Part shown: positions 14,241 through 31,628 of the stretch, one piece after another
How the letters are laid out: every line of letters starts with the position of its first letter
Position numbering within the stretch: the first letter of the stretch is position 1
NCBI RefSeq assembly: GCF_009914755.1
Contig: NC_060944.1
Length of the DNA stretch: 64,000 nt
Origin: the human T2T-CHM13v2.0 reference genome, Homo sapiens
Direction: 5' to 3' (one strand)
Translations under genes and position numbers: made by a program
Notes under the pieces: generated by a model
What the model saw: only the letters and a program-made list of their open reading frames with translations
Databases searched by the model: none
What the model was told of the DNA's origin: nothing

Positions 14241-16189
14241 CCTGTGAATCTTTAATTATTTAACAATAAAAGGGTTTTTAAAATTTAGATGCTGAAGAGC
14301 CACTTAGATTCTTAAGTCCATGGTATTTATTCAGCTCTGTGTAGGGGGACAGTGGATCTAGCCCTGAGTGTTTCATAAAGGCCAGTGAGGCCTTTTGTCC
14401 TGCTCGCTCATATCTAGTCAGGGATGAGCAATGGACTGGGAGCACATAGGGAAAGGAATCTGAGCCTTACCTGAAGGCTTCCCCAAGGAAGGGACTGACC
14501 ACTAAGCAGGCTCCTAAAGAATAAGGAGGAGATGTTAGCCAGACAGAGAGTAGGGCAGAAAGGGCATCTTAGCCTGAAAGCCTGTCCTGTGCAGAGCCCT
14601 GGAAGGACAGGCAGTGGAGCTAGAGCCAGGCAGGGGTCGTTAAGTGGGTTGCTGAGACCAGGTCAAGCTTCCCCACTTAGGGTAAGGGAAAGGATACAAT
14701 ACTCCTTATCAGGGTAGAAAATTACCAAGAAGTGATGTGGGCCTCAGTTCAGTGAATCTTTACTAAGTGAAGGCTCTGAGTCTTTGGTCTGAGGAGGCTT
14801 TGGGGAACATGTGGATATTCTACTAGGCCCAGAAAATGAGAAGGATACCAGCCAAGCACTGGACTGCTGCAGGTCCAGCAAGTCCTGCCCCAACCTGGTT
14901 TTGGTTGGCAGAAACCTCTGGTCCTCTATCTCTGGAGTTTACCCCACTTCTGACAGTACCACCACTCAGTTATTTTTGTCTGATGCCAAGATTACTGGCT
15001 TTTTTCAAGCGCATATTTTCTTTGCTCTGTGTTTTCACCCATTGCTTGGACCTGTGCATTGTACATTTTTGGTGAGTCCTCTATTCAGCAAATGTTTTTC
15101 TCTGTGGGTTCAGGGATCCTAGGGTTGGGCCCCTACTTTAGAGGCATGCACTTCCCCTGTGGCATGGGAAATAGGTGAGTTAGAGAGATAATTGCTGTTA
15201 CAGAGGTTAGCACAGAGATACTTCATGAGTATCCTGGGAAAGGCTACTTGGAAGTGCTGCCTGAGTTGTGTCTTCACCGGAAAGGGAATTATTTCTTAAA
15301 CTCTCTTTCTGCCTTTTCATGTGTCTGAATTACTACGTAACAGATTTTTTTTTTTTTTTAGGGAGAAGGTTGTTCCAGGCTGAGGAAACAGTAGGTTAGA
15401 GGCATCAAGGTCTAAAAACATGGGGCTGTCCCTGAACTTTAGCTGGACAAAAATGATTTGTCTGGAATCCTAGCATATACCAGCTGTGGAGGGTGGGGCC
15501 AGATTTGGGGAAGCCCCTGATGTGAAGTACACGAATCTCCCTGTGGACAGTTGGAAACCACTGAAGGATTCTGAGGGCAACAGTGCCTTTGGCTAAAGAG
15601 CCTGGTGGGTTGGAGAGGATCAGGCAGAAGATTGAGCTTGTCCCTCCTCCATATCGCTCTGAAGGAAGGACTTGGTTCCCTTCCTTCCCTGCCCCACCTC
15701 TCCCCCCACGTCAAGGAGAGTATTTTGCGGCAATTAGGAACACAGGCTTTGAAGAATGATCAGCTGGGTTCATACCCTGAGCTTACACCTTTCCCTGTCT
15801 CAGCACATTTAGCCTCTTGAAGCCTCAGTTTTCTGATCTGCACCTTGGGAATAATTATAGCTGTGTCAAAGGTTTTGTAGGATTGAATGTGATCGTGGAT
15901 ATCACATGTTGACATTCAGTAAATATTCAGTGGTCTAGTAACTGGTCACTGGAAAAAAATATTCAGTGGATGCCCATTCAGGTAGCTGGCAAAGATGAGA
16001 ACAAGTGTGAAGGTGTAATGAGTAGAGGGTCTCTCAAGAGAGAACCTTGTTTTATTTTTTTTAAATACCTACCATCTTCCCCCCAAAACAGATTTGATGG
16101 AGGATTAGGTGTGAGAGTGTCAGCCCAGAGCGGGTGTTGGGCAAGTATTTAGGCCCAGGCCCAGGTCCATTATGGACATTGTTTCCGTT

Positions 16190-16190
<1 letters not shown>

Positions 16191-16229
<39 letters not shown>

Positions 16230-16241
16230 CCACCACCACCC
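16191..16241. repeat. (TCA)13 followed by (CCA)n compound trinucleotide repeat
   Basis: Direct reading. Confidence 0.95.
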
Positions 16242-17854
16242 TGTGTTGAGGACAGAAGTAATTTCCCTTTCTTGGCTGTTCACCATGCGTTGGCCTGTGA
16301 ACCGAGTGTGTTAATTTATGGTTGCTTATCTTCTGGACAGCCCTACAAGAAGATCAGTGGCATCCCCACTTTACAGGGGAAGAGACAGTGGCTGAGGGAG
16401 GTAACGTAGCTTCTCAGCGTTATCTCACTGGGAGGGTGAGCACTGGGATTTACCCCGAAGTGGGTCTAACTCAGCAGCTTATGCTTTTCCCACTGCACCT
16501 GTCAGCGTTAGTTCATGTAATAAGCAATGTGGTGTACAAATTCAATGTAGTGTAGACTGATTATGGAGAAGCCCATCCCCTTTCTCCTCCTCAATTAAGT
16601 CTTTCTGAGGCAGATCTATTTCACAAGAGTAAGGCACTGAACTGGAGAGATGGTTGGAAGAGGAGGCAGAATGTTTAGGAGGCTTTTTCTTAGCCTCTAG
16701 CAAATTGACAGCCTATCAGATCTCCCCTCTGTAATCACCTCACCTGCCTCTGCCCCCACTCCCTGCTTATTCCTTGGCCAGCCCCATTTGTCCATGAGCT
16801 CAGATAGCTGTGTTGACCCTGATTTCTTTACTATAGCTCCCATCACCACCACTTTGCTCAGCAACCAGGCACTCACACTTCCACCTTTTCCTTTCTCCCT
16901 GAAATGCCCAGTTTTGGGGGGAGGCCACAGCAGGAAGGAGGCAAAAAGCAGCACAGAAGCTGGCCTCTCTGGCTGCTGCAGAGTATTAATTATCCCATCA
17001 CTGAACACCCTTGGCTGGCGCTCGGAGCAGAAATATCAGCCTCTGCTCCTTCCCATAGGACACAGTCCAGTGTCTCACCCCTCACCTTAAACACTCTTGT
17101 TTTGCCTCTCTCACACCTGGAAATTTCCAAATACAAACTAAAGTTGGAATTGTCTGCCCTAGAGCGTAAAGAGACTTGTTTCCCTGTGTGTGTAGTGATG
17201 TATGGCTGCAGCTTGTCAAAAGATTCTGGGTCTGCTGTGATACTGGGTGCGTCTAGGCTAGGAGTATAGCTAGAGAGGACATTCCATTGTAGTGGAAGAT
17301 TGGAGGTGGGCAGGTCTTTTCTACTCCTGAGAAGTCTAGGAAAGAATTACTGAAAACAACCATCTGTAAGGAAAATATTTTTTTATCCAGCCTAACTTTT
17401 CATTATCATTATAAGTCTAACCTATTTCCTTTTGCTTCATCTGTCCTCTGATAGTCAGGAGACTGTATGCCCCAAATCCTGCTCCATGTTTTGTAAAAAA
17501 CAGTTTTTTCTATGCTTAACCAGCTTCTCTAAAAATAAATCTTTAGATATAAAGCTCTTATTTATGTCATTCTGAATTCATTTTTAATCCCAACCAATCT
17601 GTATCTTTACATATTTTTAAATGTTCCAAATAGTTTGCATTTTGCATTTTCTTTTTAAATTTCATAATCCATTTACTAAAGTGCCAAACATAACTCTTTT
17701 AGTATCTGATATTTCATTTTGCTAGTATGCTATGGTTTATATAACTTCTATGGGGTATGTCAAGCATTTCTAATTTGTGATTAATACAGCTATGAACATC
17801 CCTGTGTATTAGGTTTTTTTTTCTTTTACTTCCTTGAGTTATATTACTTACACT

Positions 17855-19720
<1,866 letters not shown>

Positions 19721-20379
19721 AGCCACATTAAAATTTTTTTTTTCTCGAAGTTTACTAGCCATTTGGATTTCATCTTTTGTGAAGAGGTAATCAAATCTCT
19801 TGTTCATTTTTCTATTGGCTTGTCTTTTTATGACTTGTTGGCATTGTTTATATAATATATTCTGAATTTAAGTCCTTCATTAAATATATGTATTACAAAT
19901 GTCTTCCTCCCCTCTGTAGCTTGCCCTTTTACCCTATTAATGGTTTTTTTTAATTATTGTTAAAGCATTCCTAATTTTTATGTAATCTAGCTTATCAGTG
20001 CTTTTCCCTTTATGTTTGGTGCTCTTTTGATTTTTGTTTAAGAAGTCTTTGCCTTATGCCAAGGTCATGGAGAAATCCTCATATATTTTCTCCTAGAAGC
20101 TTTAATGGTTTACCTTTTATGTTTAGATCTATAATCCATCTAAAATATTTTTTATGTGTGGTGTGAGATTTATATTTTTCCACATTGATATCCAGTTGGT
20201 CTAGCACCATATTTTGAAAAGATTATCCTCTACCTATGTTACTTTAATAATTTAATTTTCATTTTTCATTACTTGTGCAACTATTCTCTATTCTTAAAAT
20301 TTGTTTTCATTCCTTTCGCCTTGGAGTCACATAATATCCCTTTGGTTTTTTCCTGTGGATAGCAAAGTTCAATAACATT

Positions 20380-22080
20380 TATACAGCTACTGTTTATTCA
20401 GTGCCATTGATTCTAGACAAATGCTGGGCATTTAATCCATGTGCTCTTATTTAATCCCCTCAACAATTCCATGAGATTGGTAAGGGCTATCCCCATTTTG
20501 CAGGTAAGGAAGCTGAAGTTCATGTACAGTAAGTAACTTCACAACAGTAAGAAGCAAAAGTTGTGTTATAATAGTAAATTATTGAATTCTACTTATGGGA
20601 CTCAGGCACTACACTTTTGTAAGCATTCTCATTTAATATGTATAACAACCCTGTGAAATAGATACTATTGTCTGTATTTTACACAAGAGAAAGCTAGAGC
20701 TTGGAGATTTTCTAACTTGCCCTGGGTCACACATCTGTGAAATGGTGAGGCCAGAATTTGGACTTGAGTCTTATGCCCAAATCAATCTAAGTGTCCATCA
20801 TGTGCCACTTACTGGGAATATGTCATGAGGTGTGGACCCAGCCTTCAAGGAGCTCACAGTTGATAGGGGCTAATTGCCCTTTTCATTCCAGATCATAAAT
20901 CTTTTTAAAACAATGGTAGAAGTATGTCTGAGATCTGCTGAAGCACATTAAAGAGTGATTAATCTGAAGGATAGAAGGAAAGTTTTCAGAGAGATGATGC
21001 CTGATGAGCTAAATTTTAAAGGACCAATAAAAGTTCTGTGGTATTGAGGGTAATTGACTTTTATGGCAGAGGGAACGATGGGTACCAGTGGGGCTATGAA
21101 ATCATCTTGTAGAAGTGGGGGAGTTTTTGTTTCACTCATGTCAGCATGTGAAGGGAGAAAAGATGAACATGAGGGCCAAATCACAAGGCCAGTATGTGCT
21201 AAGAAGCTGGATTTGATCCATGGGGTGATGGGAGCCATCAATGTTTTGAAAAGTTACGTGGTTGGGACTCGGTTAACCACGGATTTTTTTTTTTCCTCTT
21301 GAAGAATCCCAGTCATATTCTGACAGTGGACGTGTTAACATGGTTAATATTTATTGAGCTTTTACTGTGGGCTGAGCAGTTACATTAAATGTAAAGTATA
21401 TGTAAAACAATATCTTTTAAGCCTCATAAGAGAATGAGGTAGATGCTCTTGGTATCTCTGTTTTATGCAAAAGAAAACTGAGGCAGCAAGAGCTTGACTT
21501 GCCCAAAGCAACACATCTTATGAGCATTGGAGCAGGATTCAGCCCTTAGTATTTCCAACTTTTGACACATGTATTGGCAGTTGTTTCAGAAGAAATGAGT
21601 TTGGCTTGGATTGCTCCAAGAACAAAGAAATGAACTTGGCTTGGATTGCTCCAAATACTGGTTTGAACACAGTACAGCAGTGGAGCAGAAACAGAGGAGA
21701 TGACACCATGGGGTAAGCACAGTCCGATGCATATAACCCATGGGGCCAAGATCAGGAGAATGGGAAGCCACTGGACAGGTTTTACAAGGGAGGGACTTCA
21801 TATTGTTTACATTAAAAAACAAAATAACCCTCTGGCTCCTTTGTAGAGATGGATTATAGAGGGACAAGAGTAAAAACAGACCCAGAGAAGAAGCTGACAC
21901 AGGCAGCCAGGCAAGAAATAATGGTGGTAGGTGGTAGACTATGGTGGTATATAAGGCAGGTGGCTCTGGGGTATATTTGGAAGTATACCTGACAGGACTT
22001 GCTGATGGGTTGGCTTAATGAAGGGAAGAAAACTCAAGGACAATGCAAGTTCTTTTTTTAGCCTGTCATTTCTGATTTGG
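20380..22080. mobile_element. Cluster of MIR and L2 fragments
   Basis: MIR core-like motifs (ccccattttgcag..aaggaagctga; aacttgccc..ggtcacac) and purine-rich antisense L2-like sequence. Confidence 0.6.
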
Positions 22081-22419
22081 GACTGCCATAACTAATGCTT
22101 CAGTAGACATACTTTTATGCAACTTGGAGCACGTCTCTGAATGTTTCCTTAGAATAGATTCCTATAGAATTACTACATTAAGGACCAAGCCTGTTTATAG
22201 AGATTTTGATACAGATTGCTCAGTTGCCCTTTTTCTAAACAGTTGTGTTAATTGACATTCTCACTATGTTTCAATGTCATTTCCCTATCCTTACCAATGC
22301 TGGAGTCAGTCTCATTATTCTTCTAAATTACTTAGAAAAACATTGTCTTCATAACATCTGTAAGCTAACTGAACTCAAAGTGTAAGGCCAGTAAAGTGAG
22401 GAAAGTGTTTGCAGCATAT

Positions 22420-22870
22420 GTGTGCATCATAAATTGCCACAAATGAGTAGCTTAAAACTGCACCCACTTATTATCTCATAATTCTCTAGGTCAAGAGTAT
22501 GGATTTGCTTGGCTCATTCAGGTCACTGGCAGAATTCAGTTCCTTGCGGTTATAAGACTAAGGTCCGTATCCCTCTCCCTCAGCTCCATAAGACCTTCTG
22601 CATTTCTTCTCATGTGTCTGCCACTTCTTCAAAGCCAGCAGTGCTGTGTTGAGTCTCTTCTTGGGCATTCTTCTTCCTCCACAATCCATGTTCTGTGCTT
22701 TTAAGGGTTCCCATGTATTAGATTAGCCCACCGAGATAATGTCCCCTTTTGAGGTCAACTGTGCCATACAACGAAACAATAATAGGATTGCTTTCTCATC
22801 ACATTCATAGGTACTGGGGATTAGGAGTTGTGGAGTCTTGAGAGGGGATCGAATTCCATCTACCACAATC
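22420..22870. mobile_element. MaLR (MLT1-type) LTR
   Basis: Motifs ataaattgccacaaa..agtagcttaaaa, ttattatctcataattct, and terminal ctaccaca. Confidence 0.6.
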
Positions 22871-23799
22871 TGTTCTCTGACCTCTCAAATGTGAAATATA
22901 TCTTTCTTCCCCTGAGGTTTCCAAGAGTCTTAACCCGTTACTACATCAACTCAGTCTAAAATCTTATCTAAGTCTCATTAGCTTGAAGGACCAAGATCTA
23001 ATCATCTCAGTCAGGTGCAGTTGAGGCTCCTGAGCACAACTCCTTTCAATCAGTTGACCAAAGAAACAAGTTCTTTGTTCCCATCATATAGTAGTGGAGT
23101 GACAGAGGATAAGAAATCTGTGTTTTCTAACATAGAAAAAAAACATGTGCATGAAAGTTATTAAGTACAGTATTATTTGTAGTTACGCATGCATACCCCA
23201 GAAACATCAGTGCTTGCAATAGAAAATTAAGTAAATTTTTAAAATTTGCTTCACTTGAGTATGTATTACTTGGCCATTAAAAATGTTAATAGTAAAGACA
23301 ACTTAGGAAATACAGCACCTATGTGGAGGAAAGCAATGAGATCCAAAATGATATAGTATTGTTACAGTCACATTAAAACATGCTTATGAAAGAAGACATG
23401 AAAATAATGCAAAAGTAATCATTGTGTTAGAGTCAGATTATGGGTGACATTTTTCTGTTCTGAATGCCTTACAATTTTTAGCATAATTTATGTATATTTT
23501 TTCTTTCTGTTTTTCTTTCTTCTAAAAATCTTTGATCACTTAGCTTAAATGTAGCATTTCCCAACCCTTCTCAGTCCCTGGTTCAGCTTTGATCTCACAG
23601 GATATCCTTCAGGGTAAGGAAATGGAAAGGTTTATTGCTCTGTTTGCTCAGGGCCCTGTGACCAGTGCTTCTCTTGCATATGTACACATATACTTCTTTG
23701 CAGTTATCAGCATCTTCATTTCCCCAATTCTAAGTTTCCACTCTTAGCTGGACAAAGTTAATAAACTCAGACACCAAAACTTCATGGCTGAATTTGTAC

Positions 23800-23970
23800 T
23801 CTGACTGGGAAACAGTCTACCCCCAAATCAGCAGTGTCAGCTTACCTGGGAGCTTGTGAAAAATGCAGAATCTGAGGTCCCACTCCTAGTCTTCTGAATG
23901 AGAACCTGCATTTTAGCAGGATCCCCCACTGACTCATGTGCACCTGACAGTTTGAGCAGCACTTGCCTAG
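23800..23970. mobile_element. MER5A-like MITE
   Basis: cacctgggagcttgt.aaaaatgcagaat...ctgcattttagcag...agtttgag motif set. Confidence 0.7.
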
Positions 23971-24399
23971 GTGGTTCAAACAATGCTGTGGAATTAGGGA
24001 TTAGGGTCTGAAAATATTTAGGTTGTTGATACTAGTTGTGCCACGAAACCACAGCTGGCACTCCAGAAGCCTGGTGTGCAGACAGTGTTCACACCCAGTG
24101 ATCAGCCACAGGTACAGATTAGCAGCTGGGAAGGCAGCCATGTTGGCATTCTGTACTGATAAAGAAGGTTCTGGTTCTAGAGTAAGCACATGCCATCCTG
24201 AGTTTCCTATTCAGTGCAGCCTTACAGAATGCATAGAGTAAAGCTATTTGAGAATATGAAAACTCCTCATTGAGAAAGCAGATTGGAGAATAGCAGAGTT
24301 TTAAGTACCGCTAAATGGTCAGTGAATTCACCGTTGTTCCCCTCTGATATCCTGCAGTCCAAATTCAGGGAAACCCAAAGTGAGGAAATGAACATTGGC

Positions 24400-26100
24400 G
24401 TGGACGGAGAGTGTTCCAGGAAAGGCCTGCACTTCTGGCTAAAGGAGCAGGGAAAGGCACTACAAATGCTCAGAGAGAGTGGGAAAAATCTCCCGTGTTT
24501 CTTTTTCCTTTTCTCCATTCATTTACATCCCAGCCTGCAGCAGTCTGCAGACACCTAAAACTGAGGAAGAACCTTCCTTTCCAACAAGAGGACCTGTGGT
24601 CTCAAGAGTATGAGACAAACCACTGTTGCTTTTTTCTTCCCTTTGTCCTCCCTCCACTTGATGTTGGACACAGGCACCGTTGTAGGAACTACATGGCAGA
24701 GCAGGTAAAGCCCCAGCTTTCTGATCAGAGGACCCAAAAAGGAGCCTTCCAAGGAAATGGAAAGTACTGCGTGGACCACAGAGCGGGAGGAGCTCAGAAA
24801 GCACCCCATAAAGTTGTTATGGCCTTACCTGCAGCTGTACATAAGTGAACCTGATTCTAAATAGCATATCAAAGACTTTAGAATATAAGTACAGGAGAAC
24901 TGGCTCTTCAGGTCCCAGACTGACAACTGGATAGCACATGCATGGTGGAGACCTTAGTAGCATTGTAAAGCCTATACAAACAGAACTGACATTGAAAGCA
25001 AAACTTGGAGCCCAAACTTAACTAGGTTGATTGCCTGCTAAAACAAAAATATCAAGATTCTTCCAAAATGTTCAAAGTATCTGGAATAAAGTCCAAAATT
25101 ACTGGGCATAAAAGAACCAAGAAAATTTCAACTCTGAAAAAGACAACCGATGTCAGTATTAAGATGACACAGATGTTGGAATTATTTGACAGGCTTTAAA
25201 GTGGCTATTATGAAAATGCTCCAACAAGTGAGGGCAAACAGTCTTGAAATGAATGGAATGATAGACAGGTCAGCAAATAAACAGAAGACCTTAAGAAGAA
25301 CCAAATGGAGATTTTAGCACTGAAAAATACTGTAAGAAAATTTAAATCTCACTGCATAAATCAGTAATAGAATGGATTTGACTAAGGAGTCAGTGAACTT
25401 GAAGATAGGTAATACAAATTATCCTATCTGAACAACAGAGAGAAAAAAAGATTTTAAAATAATGTCTGAGGGACCTGTGGGGCAATTATAAAAGGTCTAA
25501 CATTGGGGCCACTGGAAGAGAAGGAGAAGAGGAGGAGAAAGTGCAGTACAGAAGTCTTTAAAGAAAGTAATGGCTGAAAACTTCTCAGATTTGGCAACAG
25601 GCATAAACCTACAGATTCAAAAAGCTCAGCAGACCCTAAATAGGATAAACCTAAAGAATTCCATGCCCAAACCTATAATCAAACTGCTGAAAAGATTAAA
25701 AAAGAAGTCTCGAAAGCAGTTGGAAAAAAACAACTCATTGCTTAAAAAGAAACAAGAATTTGAATGGTTACAAATTTCTCATCAGAAATCTTGGAGGCCA
25801 GAAAGAAGAACAGCATTCTTAAAGTATGGAGAGAAAAAGAATTGTCAACCCAGAATTCTATATCCAGTGAATATTTCACCTTCATTTCTAAAGGATATTA
25901 AGATATTATTAAGAATATCTTAACAAAGAAACTAAGAGAATTCATAGTCAATAGATCTTCTCAAAAGGAATTTTAAAAGGAAGTTCCTCAGACAGAATGG
26001 AGATGATACCAGATGGAAACTTCAAACATCAGGTATAAAAGAAGAGTGGTAGAAATGGTAAATATGTGGGTAAATATAATGGACAGTTCTCTAAAATAGG
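24400..26100 (+). mobile_element. Old L1 5' region / ORF1 fragment
   Basis: ORF1p-like peptide MAENFSDLATGINLQIQKAQQTLNRIN...KKNCQPRILYP. Confidence 0.8.
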
Positions 26101-26109
26101 TTTCATAGT

Positions 26110-26549
26110 TTTATTAGTGTTCTCTTAGAGGGACAGAACTAATAGGCTATATCTACATACATATGTATTGGGGAGTTTATTAAGTATTAACTTATACGAT
26201 CACAAGGTCCCACAATAGGCTGTCGGCAAGCTAAGGAGCAAGGAGAGCCGGTCTGAGTCCCAAAACTGAAGAACTTGGAGTCCGATGTTCAAGGACAGGA
26301 AGCATGCAACACAGGAGAAAGATGTAGGCTGGGAAGCTAGGCCAGTCATGTCCTTTTCATGTTTTTCTGCCTGCTTTATATTCTCTGGCAGCTAATTAGA
26401 TTGTGCCCACGAGATTAAGGGTGGATATGCCTTCTCCAGCCCACTGACTCAAATGTTCATCTCTTGGCAACACCCTCACAGACACACCCAGGATCAATAT
26501 TTTGTATCCTTCAATCCAATCAAGTTGGCACTCAGTATTAACCATCACA
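26110..26549 (-). mobile_element. MLT2A-type LTR (3' LTR of a truncated HERV-L)
   Basis: Minus strand begins tgtgatggttaatactgagtgccaacttgattggattgaagga, the MLT2A start. A polypurine tract (caaggggtagac) lies immediately upstream on the minus strand. Confidence 0.9.
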
Positions 26550-27407
26550 TGTCTACCCCTTGTCAACTTGAACTGATACACATCTCCTGAGATCATACAT
26601 AATCTTCAAATAAAGCCAAAATAAGGTCATAATTACGCCTAACATAATACAACTATCCTTCGTACAACTAGAAACTCACCAATCCCCAACCCAAATACTA
26701 TTACATAAAGTTAACAATACTTAAATGCTGATACAAAGTCAGTAAACCTTATGTCACATGATAAAGGAGAAAGGAAATAAAATGAAGATGCTTTCTTAAT
26801 ACAAGTGTATGCATGCACAAACATGTTTTTAACAAAAGGAGGAAATACTCATGACAATTACAGTCCTCGTTTCTGCAGCTGGTCACGTGGTCGTAGCTGG
26901 TATTGATGATTGCCTTCTACTACTACCCATTCTGTATTCCCTTTGCCTTCAGTAAGCACCTCAGCAGGTCGTTTTTTTTTTTTCCTGGTGGAGTGACCCA
27001 AAAAGGGTCACTTCATTCCTGAAGGGTCTGGATCATTTGTAGTCCTGCCTGGATTGGGCTGTTGTAGTTTCTCATTGATCTTAATCACAGGGCATGGTAA
27101 TACTAAGAGATGCCTTAATGGATCTCCTGTATTCCATGCATACTCTTCCTTACCTCCGTTCTAGAGTAGTAGACTGATTTCATCTTGATAGTCTGGGTCA
27201 GTCACCCCAGCCAACATTGTAACTCCCTTCTCAGCCTGTTGACTTAAAGGTAGAGGAGCCCAAAGTATCAAGTGGCAATCTTAACTTCCAGTTTAATGGA
27301 ATTATTGTGTCTCCTGGTGGCAGCGTTCCTCCCTCTGGAACTAAGACCTCTAGGCCAGCAGAACGCAATGTCATGGGAATAGGAAGCAAAAATTTTGCTA
27401 GTGGATG
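26550..27407 (-). mobile_element. HERV-L internal 3' fragment with a degenerate dUTPase region
   Basis: Minus-strand translation PLAKFLLPIPMTLRSAGLEVLVPEGGTLPPGDTIIPLNWKLRLP..., then after a frameshift GVTMLAGVTDPDYQDEISLLL*NGGKEEYAWNTGDP. Confidence 0.88.
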
Positions 27408-28113
27408 TCAATCTTTTAAAAACTAAATTAAAAAAAAAACTAAACAAATTGTAGCACAGCATCTGACACAAAGCAAACTCTCAGTAAATCGCAGCAGCTG
27501 CTGTTATTACATTCTTCCAGGTCTTTCCTTTAACAAATCTGTTCACCTGCAATGCTACATTTTATCATTATGGCAGGCCCTGTGGGTGTTACTACTTAGA
27601 TTTTACATCTTAAAGACTGAAGTGCAGAAGTTTCATGGCAGACCCCTGCCAACCAGCTGGAAAATTCCCAACCCAATGTCCAGAGCGCATCTCTGACTCC
27701 CAGTCCTGAGGCCTTTCCAGTTCACCAGACCACCTCAGCCATTAGAAGGGTGTCAGCTGGATTTGTGTGCCCAACGAGGTGTGTTGCTTTTATGTAAAAG
27801 AGAAGCACATAAGGAAGAAATCATGAGTGTTCAGGATCCCTTTCCAGTCCCTTAAAGAGGCTGCTTTTGCAGTAGCGACATACTACCCAGTGAGCTCAGC
27901 CATGCAGTTTTTCCTGCAGGGTTAGAGTGGATCACTTCCTTCAGTTGATCACCATTTGAAGTAGCAGGGGTTTGAGTTCAGAGGCCATGTACGAAAATGA
28001 TTTTAAAAATACCTGGAGCCTCATTTAGCACATGCAAGACTGAGACTCAGCCAAGGGGGCTATCTAGAGAAGGACGGAACCCCCTCCCTCTGTACTATTT
28101 ACTCTGAGTTCAT

Positions 28114-28295
<182 letters not shown>

Positions 28296-28409
28296 GTAAA
28301 TGGGTTCTAAGTGTGTAAATAATGAGGTCACAGAAGTCTTCATGTGTTGCAGTGAGTCTTTGTTGAATATGAGCCAACTGAATATGTTGTTACAGTTTCT
28401 AGTACCTTT

Positions 28410-28680
28410 TTAAAAATTTTTTATATTTTTCCTTAATAATAGAGATGGGGGTCTCATTATGTTGCCCAGGGTAGTCTCGAACTCCTGGACTCAAGCAATC
28501 CTCCCACCTCGACCTCCCAAAGTGCTTGGATTACAGGCATGAACTACTGCACTTGGCCTTTAGAGACATGGTTTTGCTATGCTGGCCAGGCTGGTCTCGA
28601 ACTCCTGGCCTCAAGTGATTTGCCCACCTCAGGCCTCCCAAAGTGCTGCGATTACAGGCATGAGCCACCGTGCCTGGCCT
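28410..28680 (-). mobile_element. Two tandem Alu left-arm/FLAM-like monomers
   Basis: Two successive agaga...ctcccaaagtgct..gattacaggcatga units. Confidence 0.8.
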
Positions 28681-29725
28681 GCAACTGCCTTTCTAGCCTT
28701 TCTTGTTCTCTTGTTTCTTCTCTCTTCCCCACATTTCGTGGGCCAGAGAGAAAAATAGAGATGGTTGCATATTTCAGAGCAATCTTTATTCCCAAGCATT
28801 TTATCAGCCACTAGAAGCCCCCTATGTTTGCCACTCTGGGCGGGGGGGCACTTCATGGAGTCAGGTAAGATGCTTACTGCCCTCTGGCACCACCTGGTCT
28901 GCCTCTAGTTAGGCAGGATGTTGGAGGCTGCTAGAAACTTTGACTGCTAGCTCCATGAACTGTGGCTTGGGAGCAGTAACCTAGGTCAGGAAAAATTCCT
29001 TCCCTAGGAAACCTGGCCTTGTCCATTTAAATCACAGTATCCTGCGATTCCAGCCCATCAGGTGGAACTGACTGGAGGAGCACCTACTTTTGGATTTTTT
29101 CCCGGTTCTCTAATTAATGGCTTCTTACCTGTAAGCTTAGATTAGCTGCTGTTTATAAGGCTTTCCCAAGGTCTGGCAGGAACGTGCCAGTGCCCCAGAA
29201 CTATCAGGTTTGTATTGCTTGCCAGGGCTCTGCGAAGATTCCAAAGCACATCTTTCAAAATACTAAATATTTGTGTTGTATTATATCCATATCCCTATGC
29301 GTTACGGAAAAAACAGGAAAGTATAAAGAAAGCCCTCACCACCCAGGAGTGACTGTCACTGTTTACGCTCTCGGTACGCTTCTTTCTGGTTGTAATTATA
29401 CATACCACCACCACTACCCTGCATACACACGTTTTTCACCGTTGATTTCCCTAGGCTATTGATGACCCCCTTTCCCCTCAGTACTTAACACTAGAGCATG
29501 AGCATTTCTCCACATCATTTTTAAAACATTCCCAGAACATGGTTTTTATTGCTTCCATGGCTGCACTTGGGGACCTGCCATGATGTTCCTAACTGGTCTT
29601 CATTCAGGCTGACTGCAGTTTCCTTGATTAATGTCTTTGTGAGTATATTTTAATTTAAATTCTTTATTTAAAATGAATACCTAGACATAAAATTATCAGA
29701 TCAAAGAATAGAGAGATATATAAGA

Positions 29726-31628
<1,903 letters not shown>

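Noticed and set aside
21591-21654. 35 bp tandem duplication (similar small ones near 8932-8971 and 34521-34560)
   Set aside because: Ordinary slippage duplications with no further structure.
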